A stretch of 64,000 bases of DNA from a virus, in IMG/VR virus record IMGVR_UViG_3300004369_000002, positions 1 to 64,000 of that record; one strand, written 5' to 3'. The translations under genes and the position numbers were made by a program. Of this stretch, positions 56,401-64,000 are shown in pieces. Position 1 is the first letter of the stretch; the number at the start of each line of letters is the position of its first letter. The notes beneath the pieces were generated by a model. The model was not told the DNA's origin, made no database searches, and worked only from the letters and a program-made list of their open reading frames with translations.

Positions 56401-58124
56401 TGGGTACCCGCATACAATTCCGTCGTGATTCATCGTCCAACTGGACAATAAATAACCCCGTTCTGGCCGAAGGAGAAATGGGGCTAGAACTTGATACACG
56501 ACGTATCAAAATCGGTAACGGTTTAGACAACTGGAACAACCTGCCGTACGGCATTGCGACTATTGGCATTGACGAACTTGTTGATGTCACAATCACCGAC
56601 CCGCAAGACGGCGAACTCATCGTTTACGACAGTGCAACTAGCACATGGGTCAATACATCAGCATCACTCGTAGCCGAACAAAATGACCTAACCGACACGG
56701 TCATCACCAACCCACAGCCGGGCCAATACCTTCAGTACGACGGCACACAATGGGTTAACGGGGTCAGCCCGACCGGTGAACCCCTGGGCCACGAGGACAG
56801 AACCACCAGTCACATTGCATTCGACTCTGGAACTCTCACGTTCTCCATTGAACCAAAGTTACCAGTAACAGAATTTGTGGTCTGGGTTGGTGGCATCAAA
56901 TACACCTACACAACCACGCAAAGCGTCACAATCCCTGATGTCACCGGCCTCTACTACTTCTACTTTAATTTGTCTGGTGCGCTGGCATACAAGACCACCT
57001 ACTTTGACTGGCCCGTTGAAGCGCCGACTGCCTACCTATACTGGAACGCAACGACAAGCACCGCAACATTCTTTGCTGACGAACGGCATGGCATCGTCCT
57101 TGACTGGCAAACCCACGAATACCTCCATCGAACACGAGGTGCGGCATTCGCAGCAGGCTTCAACATTTCGGGCGTCATCACTAATGGCGACGGAACCCTT
57201 GACACCCATGTTGAGTTCAGCCTAAGCAACGGAACATTTTTTGACGAAGACCTACAGGTCGACATCGTCGATTCAGCAACACCAACAGTTGACACCTGGG
57301 AGCAAGACCTATCCCCAGCGTCAATTCCTCTCTACTACCTGGATGGTACAGAGTGGGTGCGCGATTCAGCCAGCACTAATCCCGTCAAAAAGGGAACGAC
57401 CTTCGCTGTCTACAACGAACTTTCACTTGGCTCATGGCAACTTACAGAAGTCGCCAACGGTGCTTACGTTATTTCTTGGATTGTCGCAACAAACCAACTC
57501 AACACCCCGGTTATCGCCATCATGGGACAAGGCGAATACACCAACATCGGGGACGCCGAGGACGAAATCTGGGAAACAGTCAACCTAGACGACTTCCCAG
57601 CCTTTGAATTCCGACCGCTGTACAAACTCATCTACCAGACTGGCTCTTATGGAAATACCACAAACTCGCGGCTCAGGGGAGTCAATGACCTTCGTGGCGG
57701 AGGTACCTCAGGGAGTTCTGGGGCAGGGACAACCGACCACGGACTCCTCACTGGGTTGGCAGACGACGACCACACCCAGTACCTCAACAATTCACGGCAC
57801 AACAACCTTGACCATTCGGACGCACTGGCAACAGCCTCACTGAGCGACCTGGGCGATGTCACTCTCGCTTCTATCAACACCGATGAACTTCTTCGGTGGA
57901 GTGGTACCGCCTGGGTGAACACCGATGGCATTACGATTGCGTCCACGGGTGCTGTCACCTTCAACGGCGTCAACACCTTCCCAACCGCCGCAGGTGGACT
58001 CGGCCAGTATCTGGCATCTGATGGTGCAGGGAATCTCGTTTGGACAAACGCAGGCTCAACAGCCGGTGGAATCATTAACAGTTCCTCATCAGGTGCTGTT
58101 CTCATCATGGAGATTGGACCGTAA
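56400..58124 (+). CDS. Tail fibre with Mtd/hyaluronidase-type N-terminal domain
   Basis: IQFRRD...W...NPVLAEGEMGLELDT..IKIGNG...W..LPY; L.DL.DV repeats; DHG.L.GL.DDDH.QY. Confidence 0.8.
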   Translation: MGTRIQFRRDSSSNWTINNPVLAEGEMGLELDTRRIKIGNGLDNWNNLPYGIATIGIDELVDVTITDPQDGELIVYDSATSTWVNTSASLVAEQNDLTDTVITNPQPGQYLQYDGTQWVNGVSPTGEPLGHEDRTTSHIAFDSGTLTFSIEPKLPVTEFVVWVGGIKYTYTTTQSVTIPDVTGLYYFYFNLSGALAYKTTYFDWPVEAPTAYLYWNATTSTATFFADERHGIVLDWQTHEYLHRTRGAAFAAGFNISGVITNGDGTLDTHVEFSLSNGTFFDEDLQVDIVDSATPTVDTWEQDLSPASIPLYYLDGTEWVRDSASTNPVKKGTTFAVYNELSLGSWQLTEVANGAYVISWIVATNQLNTPVIAIMGQGEYTNIGDAEDEIWETVNLDDFPAFEFRPLYKLIYQTGSYGNTTNSRLRGVNDLRGGGTSGSSGAGTTDHGLLTGLADDDHTQYLNNSRHNNLDHSDALATASLSDLGDVTLASINTDELLRWSGTAWVNTDGITIASTGAVTFNGVNTFPTAAGGLGQYLASDGAGNLVWTNAGSTAGGIINSSSSGAVLIMEIGP

Positions 58125-58456
58125 TGGCAGTAGGAGATCGTTCTGAACTCAGGTTGGCTGGACCGGCTGGTATCGGCACTACCACAACCACAATGATGAC
58201 TGTTCCTGCGGGGAGCGTCTATGTGACCAAGCAGGTTCTGTTCACCAACACAAACGGTATTGATGCGTATATTACTGTCGCTATAGGCGACCCGGCTACG
58301 GCATCAAATTGTATTTTCTACAACCTTCCTATAGCGGGATTTGATACAACCGTCTTTGACACGGCTTTGGTTATTGATACCGGCGAAACCATTCAGGCTT
58401 TTGCTGATCGTGCCGGTGTAAACATGACGATCACCGGTTGGGACAAGGAGGTCTAA
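58124..58456 (+). CDS. Small beta-sandwich virion protein
   Basis: TVPAG...V.K...TN; similar to N-terminus of 60234..61040. Confidence 0.65.
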   Translation: MAVGDRSELRLAGPAGIGTTTTTMMTVPAGSVYVTKQVLFTNTNGIDAYITVAIGDPATASNCIFYNLPIAGFDTTVFDTALVIDTGETIQAFADRAGVNMTITGWDKEV

Positions 58457-59199
58457 TGCCTCTTGATTCCGCTTTGGGTTTGCCTGGACAACGTCCAGGA
58501 GTTGTCACTTCAGTTACCCGACCAGTTAATCCTTTTGTCGGTCAGATGATCGTAGAGACCGATACGGGTCGACTAATGGTTTATACCTCTTCCGGCGAAT
58601 GGCGACAGGCGACAACCGGAACAGACGTCACCGCCACCCCGCCCGCAGGAGCCATCACAGGCGACTTGTGGTTTGATAACGAGTCCGCCGCCATGTACTG
58701 CTACTACGACGGCTTTTGGGTTGAAGTCACTGGGGTGGCATCAACAGAGGTTGCGGATGGCCAGATCACTTCAGCAAAACTTGCATCTGATGTTACAACA
58801 ACTCACTACGGAAAAGTTTTTTACGATTCATTCCCTGCGGTAGTTGACAACTCTTCTGGTACAGCGGCATATCAAACTCTCACTGATATGACAACTGCTT
58901 CTGGTGAAGGTTCAATGTCCTGGAACGCCACTAACGGCGAGTGGACAATTCCAGTAGACGGAGTTTATGCAGTTGAATTCATCACCAAAATGGGTGACGG
59001 AGCAACCTACGGTGACCTGAATGTGCGTGTGGATGTAAATGGGACTCAGGCGGGTACGACACTCACTGGCTTTGAAACCAACGACACCGTTTCCGAGAAG
59101 TGGCTACTCCCCTTGAGCGCCAATGACCTGGTTTCATTTGTTTATCGTGGTCAGATGCTTTATCCGCGAGCCAACATATACAAGATTTCGGTTGGGTGA
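58456..59199 (+). CDS. Tail fibre protein with C1q/TNF-like C-terminus
   Basis: TRP..P..GQ.I.ETDT, GDLWFD, G.WTIPVDGVY, L.AND.V. Confidence 0.65.
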   Translation: MPLDSALGLPGQRPGVVTSVTRPVNPFVGQMIVETDTGRLMVYTSSGEWRQATTGTDVTATPPAGAITGDLWFDNESAAMYCYYDGFWVEVTGVASTEVADGQITSAKLASDVTTTHYGKVFYDSFPAVVDNSSGTAAYQTLTDMTTASGEGSMSWNATNGEWTIPVDGVYAVEFITKMGDGATYGDLNVRVDVNGTQAGTTLTGFETNDTVSEKWLLPLSANDLVSFVYRGQMLYPRANIYKISVG

Positions 59200-59204
59200 T
59201 GTAA

Positions 59205-60230
59205 ATGGGCTTGAAATCAACCGTACCTAACTCCCTGGCCCAGCCTGGCGTCTGCACTTCGATCACCCGACCCCTCGCCCCCTACGAGGGTCAAATAATC
59301 TACGAAACCGACACCGACAACGCCATGGTCTGGAACGGATCTGCGTGGATATTCATCCACGACGGAGCCTGGACAGCCAAAGGTGACCTGTTCGTCGGAA
59401 CCGCCGACTCAGACGGAGACATCATTGGGGTTGGAGCCAACAACACCCTACTGACCGCAGACAACTCCACCCCAACCGGCTTGGCGTGGAAATCAGACAT
59501 CAACGTAACATCAGTTACAACGAATGTTTTGTCCGCAGCAGACATAACCGGAGCAATCAGCGGCCAGATCATTATCAACGCCGTCAACAACACTGCGTCC
59601 ACGTTGACTAAAGGCTCCATTGTTTACATTTCTGGCGTCAACGCTTCGGCAACGCCAGAAGTAGAACTGTGTGACTACAACATTTCTTCAACCCTCCCGC
59701 CAGCAGGTTTAGTGTTCGCCGATATTACGGCTGGCCAAATAGGTCATGTTGTCGTGTTCGGTTTAGTGAGCGGCTTGGATACATCAGCCTTTGCGGCAAA
59801 TACGCAATTGTGGATGGATCCTGCTGGTGGACTTTCGGTAAACCAACCGATGGGCCCGGCAGAAGACATCTACACCATTGGTCGCGTGGTTGTTTCTGAT
59901 GCCACAAATGGCTCAATTCTTGTCACAAGCGGAATACCCAAAACAATTACTCCGAACACAATTAGTGTTGACGGTCCAATAACTACAGCCCTGTCCATCA
60001 CGTCGGATACAGCAAATGTGACGACGCATATATACGGTTTGGACATTACGGCCACGGGAACAATAACTGGGGCCAACCTTGCAGCAACCAATTCGCTCAC
60101 CGTCAACTCGGTAGAAATCGACCCTACTGGCGCGGACATCGATGAGGTGCTCGTGTTTAACGGAACAAAATTCGTACCAGCAAACATCGATACAGGCGGA
60201 AAAGCATTCGCCTACTTTATGGGAGCCTAA
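59205..60230 (+). CDS. Tail fibre protein
   Basis: TRP..PYEGQ.IYETDT, AKGDL repeat, KG..VY.SG, G.V...G.V.GLDTS. Confidence 0.7.
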   Translation: MGLKSTVPNSLAQPGVCTSITRPLAPYEGQIIYETDTDNAMVWNGSAWIFIHDGAWTAKGDLFVGTADSDGDIIGVGANNTLLTADNSTPTGLAWKSDINVTSVTTNVLSAADITGAISGQIIINAVNNTASTLTKGSIVYISGVNASATPEVELCDYNISSTLPPAGLVFADITAGQIGHVVVFGLVSGLDTSAFAANTQLWMDPAGGLSVNQPMGPAEDIYTIGRVVVSDATNGSILVTSGIPKTITPNTISVDGPITTALSITSDTANVTTHIYGLDITATGTITGANLAATNSLTVNSVEIDPTGADIDEVLVFNGTKFVPANIDTGGKAFAYFMGA

Positions 60231-60233
60231 ACA

Positions 60234-61040
60234 ATGGCAGAAACATTCAAACTTCTCGGGTCGTTTGACTCTGCGAGCGACAACGTCTTAGATCCTTTTT
60301 ATACGGTTCCGTCTGGGCGTTCGTTTGTTGGGCGCGTATTCATAGCAAATAACTCACCGAGTGACGTGACAGTATCGCTCGCATTCAAGCCATCTAGTGG
60401 CGCACAGAAAACTGTTATTCCCAACGTCACAATCGCTGGATATTCGGTGATGGATTTCAATGGTCTTGCCGGTACTGCTGGCGACGCCATTTACGCCGAC
60501 ACGACCGCTTCCAATGTCACCTACACGGTGTTCGGCACGGAGATGTACGCGTCATCGGGCGATGTTTCAGTTGGCGGGTCGATCCTGGATTCAATCGTTA
60601 ACGCCAAGGGTGACCTGATTGTAGGATCTAGCGATAACGCTGTCGCTCGTTTCGGCGTAGGCGCTGACGGCTATGCCTTGGTGGCTGATGCTTCAACATT
60701 GTCGGGTCTTCGGTGGGATAACCTGCGCGCCCAAACGGTGTCCGTCAAGAGCACCGCGACGCACACTCTGGCCTTAGAGGATTCCAGTGAGATTTTGGAG
60801 TTCACGAACGCTGGCGGATGCCAAATCACCATCCCGACCAATGCGTCTGTCAACTTTCCAGTTGGTTCGCAAATCACGCTGGTTCAGGCGGCTGCTGGAC
60901 CGATTGAAGTCATTGCTGCTGGTGGCGTGACCCTGAACTCCAAGCAGGGGTACCGGGTTTCTGCTTTCCAATGGGTTGGTCTCGTCTTGTACCAGCGTGA
61001 AGTTGATAATTGGGTGCTGTTGGGAGACTTGGTGCCGTGA
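60234..61040 (+). CDS. Tail fibre protein
   Basis: YTVP.G, AKGDL repeat, TIP.NASV.FPVG.QI..Q, WVL.GDL. Confidence 0.72.
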   Translation: MAETFKLLGSFDSASDNVLDPFYTVPSGRSFVGRVFIANNSPSDVTVSLAFKPSSGAQKTVIPNVTIAGYSVMDFNGLAGTAGDAIYADTTASNVTYTVFGTEMYASSGDVSVGGSILDSIVNAKGDLIVGSSDNAVARFGVGADGYALVADASTLSGLRWDNLRAQTVSVKSTATHTLALEDSSEILEFTNAGGCQITIPTNASVNFPVGSQITLVQAAAGPIEVIAAGGVTLNSKQGYRVSAFQWVGLVLYQREVDNWVLLGDLVP

Positions 61041-61603
61041 GTGTTTTTGCCGGGATTGTAAGTTCCAGCGGCACTGATGTGCCCGCCCAGGACTGGACGC
61101 TCATTGGAGAAGACCACATTGATGCGGGTACATCCAATGAACTTGCCGTGCTAGGTGGTGCGCTTTCCTATTCGTCAGTGAAGTTCATTGCTGACATTGA
61201 TTCCTCGGCATCGCAGACTTTGACAATTCATTTCCCGGATGACCCCAGCGATGCCAAATATTACGAGCAGACAATAACTGAATCAGGAATTTCAGAGGTT
61301 GGATGGGTCATCACAACAGTCTCAACACCTGGTGGTGGGCTTGCTTGCAATTTAGATTCAGCAGGTCGATATGTAATTTTTGGGGAAATAACACAATCCG
61401 ACATTCCGGGCACTTATGGGCGGGTCGTCATAAATCTTCAGCGCACAAATAGTGCCAGTGATTATCAGATGACCACCATTGAGGGGTGGATGATGACTGC
61501 TGGGCCATGGTCAACTGCAAACTTCACGATGAGTGGTACTACAGGCTTTAAAACTGGAAGTCGACTTTCCGTTTATTCATCACCTGCGAGCGTGACGGGA
61601 TGA
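61037..61603 (+). CDS. Beta-sandwich virion protein (paralog family 1/3)
   Basis: GTGA overlap; C-terminal GSRLSVY. Confidence 0.6.
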   Translation: MSVFAGIVSSSGTDVPAQDWTLIGEDHIDAGTSNELAVLGGALSYSSVKFIADIDSSASQTLTIHFPDDPSDAKYYEQTITESGISEVGWVITTVSTPGGGLACNLDSAGRYVIFGEITQSDIPGTYGRVVINLQRTNSASDYQMTTIEGWMMTAGPWSTANFTMSGTTGFKTGSRLSVYSSPASVTG

Positions 61604-62133
61604 GCGCAGTTCTTTTGGATGTTCTTGGGCCACCTGCGGCTGGCTGGGGCAACTGGGATATACCGTTGGATTATGTCGGTTTCAAACATATAGGAATCAA
61701 AGCATGTTTGAGGTCTAACGACCCAGAGGGAATTTCAATTATATTTTTGAACAGCCTATTAGACCCAATTACCCAGGTGGAGTACGGGCAAATGTCTCGC
61801 ACCAACCCTTCCTTTAATTTGCCAAACGGGATAAGCCTTGATTACCCTCCTCCAACGTTCTGTTACGTCGCTGGGTCAAGCGACCTATTTCCAACCTATC
61901 TTGATATAACAATTTATGATTTTTCAACCTCTGATACATTTTCGTCAGCCACCTGCACTGCATTGACCCCATCGGTTGACTCTACAGAGGAAATTGTATC
62001 CGGACAGGCACAACTACTGACTACGGACCCAGTGTCATACATTCGTTTACCTCACGCTAGTGAGTTTGGAGAGGGAGAAGTTCTGGGGTATGACGCACTC
62101 AGCGAAGTAAAAGTATTCGGTTACAGAGGTTAG
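61600..62133 (+). CDS. Beta-sandwich virion protein (paralog family 2/3)
   Basis: I.A.LRS, I.I.D.S, P...I.L, S.V.VFG. Confidence 0.6.
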   Translation: MSAVLLDVLGPPAAGWGNWDIPLDYVGFKHIGIKACLRSNDPEGISIIFLNSLLDPITQVEYGQMSRTNPSFNLPNGISLDYPPPTFCYVAGSSDLFPTYLDITIYDFSTSDTFSSATCTALTPSVDSTEEIVSGQAQLLTTDPVSYIRLPHASEFGEGEVLGYDALSEVKVFGYRG

Positions 62134-62135
62134 TT

Positions 62136-62681
62136 ATGTCTCTTACACTCATGCAAAAAGTAGACCTATCTTCGGATACAGCAGAAATCAACTTTAGCAA
62201 TATTGGCGGTTTCTCTAATCTGATGATTATCGCGAGTCTACGAAGCAACTACGCAACATCTAGTACAGATGGTATTGCAATCCGACTTAACCAAATAGCA
62301 ACTGGATTCCAGTCAATTGACGTTAAATCTCAAGTAAGTTTTGACAGAGATCTTTTTGAGGACAACAGCACGTTCTATCAAAATGCTCCAATCATCACCA
62401 ATGAAGCCGCTGGCGGTCGAACTGCAACAGCCTTAAGTACATCAGGGGTCAAGGGAACATCTCAAATTCTCTTTCCGTCATACTCTGAATCTGGTTGGTT
62501 GAAGTGCATTATGGCTGAGTACAAGTTTTATGAATCGACTAGCACAGACTTTGTGATGGGTAAAGTTGGAACAACCTGGAACAGCACTGTCCCCATCAAC
62601 ACCATCACCCTCTACCCAGCAGACGGCTCAGCCTGGGAAGCAGGTTCTGTCGCCACCCTCTACGGACTCCAAGCATCATAA
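62136..62681 (+). CDS. Beta-sandwich virion protein (paralog family 3/3)
   Basis: I.FSNI, L.IIASLRS, W.ST.PI.TITL, GS.ATLYG. Confidence 0.7.
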   Translation: MSLTLMQKVDLSSDTAEINFSNIGGFSNLMIIASLRSNYATSSTDGIAIRLNQIATGFQSIDVKSQVSFDRDLFEDNSTFYQNAPIITNEAAGGRTATALSTSGVKGTSQILFPSYSESGWLKCIMAEYKFYESTSTDFVMGKVGTTWNSTVPINTITLYPADGSAWEAGSVATLYGLQAS

Positions 62682-62690
62682 GGATTCGCC

Positions 62691-64000
62691 ATGGCCATCA
62701 ATGTCACCCCCCAACCAGAACTTCTCAGGGACACCTATCCGCTTCCGCTTTTTGGTGTCTGGTCAAACTACAACAACAACCCAGTGATGCATGTGTACGA
62801 CTCCGACTTCGCTCCAGTGTCTATCAGTACAACACCAACCTACGCTTACACATCCATGGAATTGTATTCGGCGTTCACCACCCAGAATTACACGCAGTCC
62901 CTGGTCGGCACAAACACCTCCAACTACACCATCGCCTCCTGCTTCAACAACAGTTTTGCCGGACACCAGTTCGTTAATGGTGGTGCGTCGGGAGCGTTCT
63001 CCCACCAACATGTTGACAACGTGGCTGCATCAATCTTGGACGCCGGTAACACCCTTCATTCCGTTCCGGGCTATCGACCCGACTGGTACATCGCCCAGAA
63101 CAACCTGACCCTTCAGATGCGGACACGAAACACACACGTGCCCCTAGACAGTCTGACGATCAGTTCGACGTATGCGACAGCACCCACCGGAACCTCCAGG
63201 GGCATGGTGTGCTACAACGACACAACCCGACGTTTGATTGCGATTACGGCCCTGGATACATCTAACAACTACCGGATGCATGTCTGGACAGCACCTAACG
63301 ACCGGCTCACCGGCAAGGCAGGAGAACTCCATACTTTCCTCACCAATGCTAAAAACGAACTAAACGGAGGGTCGTACCAGTATCGCGACTTCTCGCATGC
63401 GACCACTGGCTCGGGTAACTATAACGAGTCGCGCTACCGGATGAGCGTCATCCTTGACGATTTGGGCAACGTGGGATTGGTGCGATTTACTCCATCGACA
63501 AATCTTAATTATGCGATCCTGCTCAAGGCTGGGGCGGGATGGAATACTCCAGTCGTGTATGAAACCTTGGCTGCCACGACCTCCTACGGATATGAGCAAG
63601 GCAACCGGTATGGCATTCGAAGCAATATGACCTGGGATAACAACTGGGTGGCCTCCTACGCTCCGTATTACTACTATGGCTCAGGTGTCAACGTTTTCTT
63701 CGTTGATTCCAGAAACTGTCAAAATTACTATCACTACTCAAATACCAGCACTTCAGTCGGCCACCAGTTTGCACCTGCCAAGGAATCTGGGTTTGTCATC
63801 GGAATCTCCAATAACGCTGACGGAACGGTGGGCATGAGGCACGATTTTGTTGACCTGCAAGCCATTCAGGATTCTGGTCGCTTGCCGAATGGGACGACAA
63901 TTGCGAACGGAGAAACCCTGTCATCCATCTCTAACCGTCTGTACAGCATTGACACGGGTTACAACTCCACCAACTACCCGTGCATTATCACCATGGCATC
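62691..64000 (+). CDS. Ser/Thr/Asn/Tyr-rich putative receptor-binding protein (partial, runs off window end)
   Basis: Not in ORF track; AAGGA SD then ATG 62691 MAINVTPQPELLRDTYPLPLFGVWSNYNNNPVMHVYDSDF...; no stop seen. Confidence 0.75.
   Translation, partial: MAINVTPQPELLRDTYPLPLFGVWSNYNNNPVMHVYDSDFAPVSISTTPTYAYTSMELYSAFTTQNYTQSLVGTNTSNYTIASCFNNSFAGHQFVNGGASGAFSHQHVDNVAASILDAGNTLHSVPGYRPDWYIAQNNLTLQMRTRNTHVPLDSLTISSTYATAPTGTSRGMVCYNDTTRRLIAITALDTSNNYRMHVWTAPNDRLTGKAGELHTFLTNAKNELNGGSYQYRDFSHATTGSGNYNESRYRMSVILDDLGNVGLVRFTPSTNLNYAILLKAGAGWNTPVVYETLAATTSYGYEQGNRYGIRSNMTWDNNWVASYAPYYYYGSGVNVFFVDSRNCQNYYHYSNTSTSVGHQFAPAKESGFVIGISNNADGTVGMRHDFVDLQAIQDSGRLPNGTTIANGETLSSISNRLYSIDTGYNSTNYPCIITMA

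Noticed and set aside
51204-64000. Diversity-generating retroelement (Mtd-type N-terminus, AAC/TAC-rich fibre regions)
   Set aside because: No reverse transcriptase and no template/variable repeat pair differing at adenines seen in the window
1-64000. tRNA/rRNA genes, integrase, alternative genetic code
   Set aside because: No cloverleaf-like intergenic sequence or recombinase seen; genes pack tightly under the standard code with all three stop codons used

Overview
The window is 64 kb of a large tailed dsDNA phage genome (myovirus morphotype: HK97-fold capsid plus contractile sheath, tube and baseplate). Leaderless TANNNT promoters and HxxxxYxxGCRC domains suggest an actinobacterial host (inference). 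Layout: (1) Minus-strand head region, 21.9 kb to 1.2 kb: membrane protein, portal-MuF fusion, prohead protease, an unusual ~15 kb block of seven genes including a 2454-aa multidomain protein, then the major capsid protein. (2) Divergent plus-strand block: terminase large subunit, Sak/Rad52 annealase, Cas4/AddB-like exonuclease, HNH, RuvC, ParB, histone-deacetylase-family enzyme, IbrA/IbrB-like PAPS-reductase/ParB pair, glycosyltransferase. (3) Neck, sheath, tube, frameshifted tail chaperone, tape measure and baseplate. (4) About 16 kb of modular tail fibre/adhesin genes running off the end. Most notable: the block between protease and capsid appears to contain a tandemly duplicated cassette, [YF]KARx[YF]R - RCxxGxxxGGxxTDxxxxxC - variable cargo - HipA/PI3K-like kinase - small partner domain 'X'. 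Copy 1 has a degenerate kinase and its X is fused to the N-terminus of copy 2. Copy 2 has an intact kinase plus a GNAT and is followed by a stand-alone X. This suggests a capsid-packaged, protease-processed effector/partner (toxin-immunity-like) system. All calls are from motif reading only; no database searches were run.
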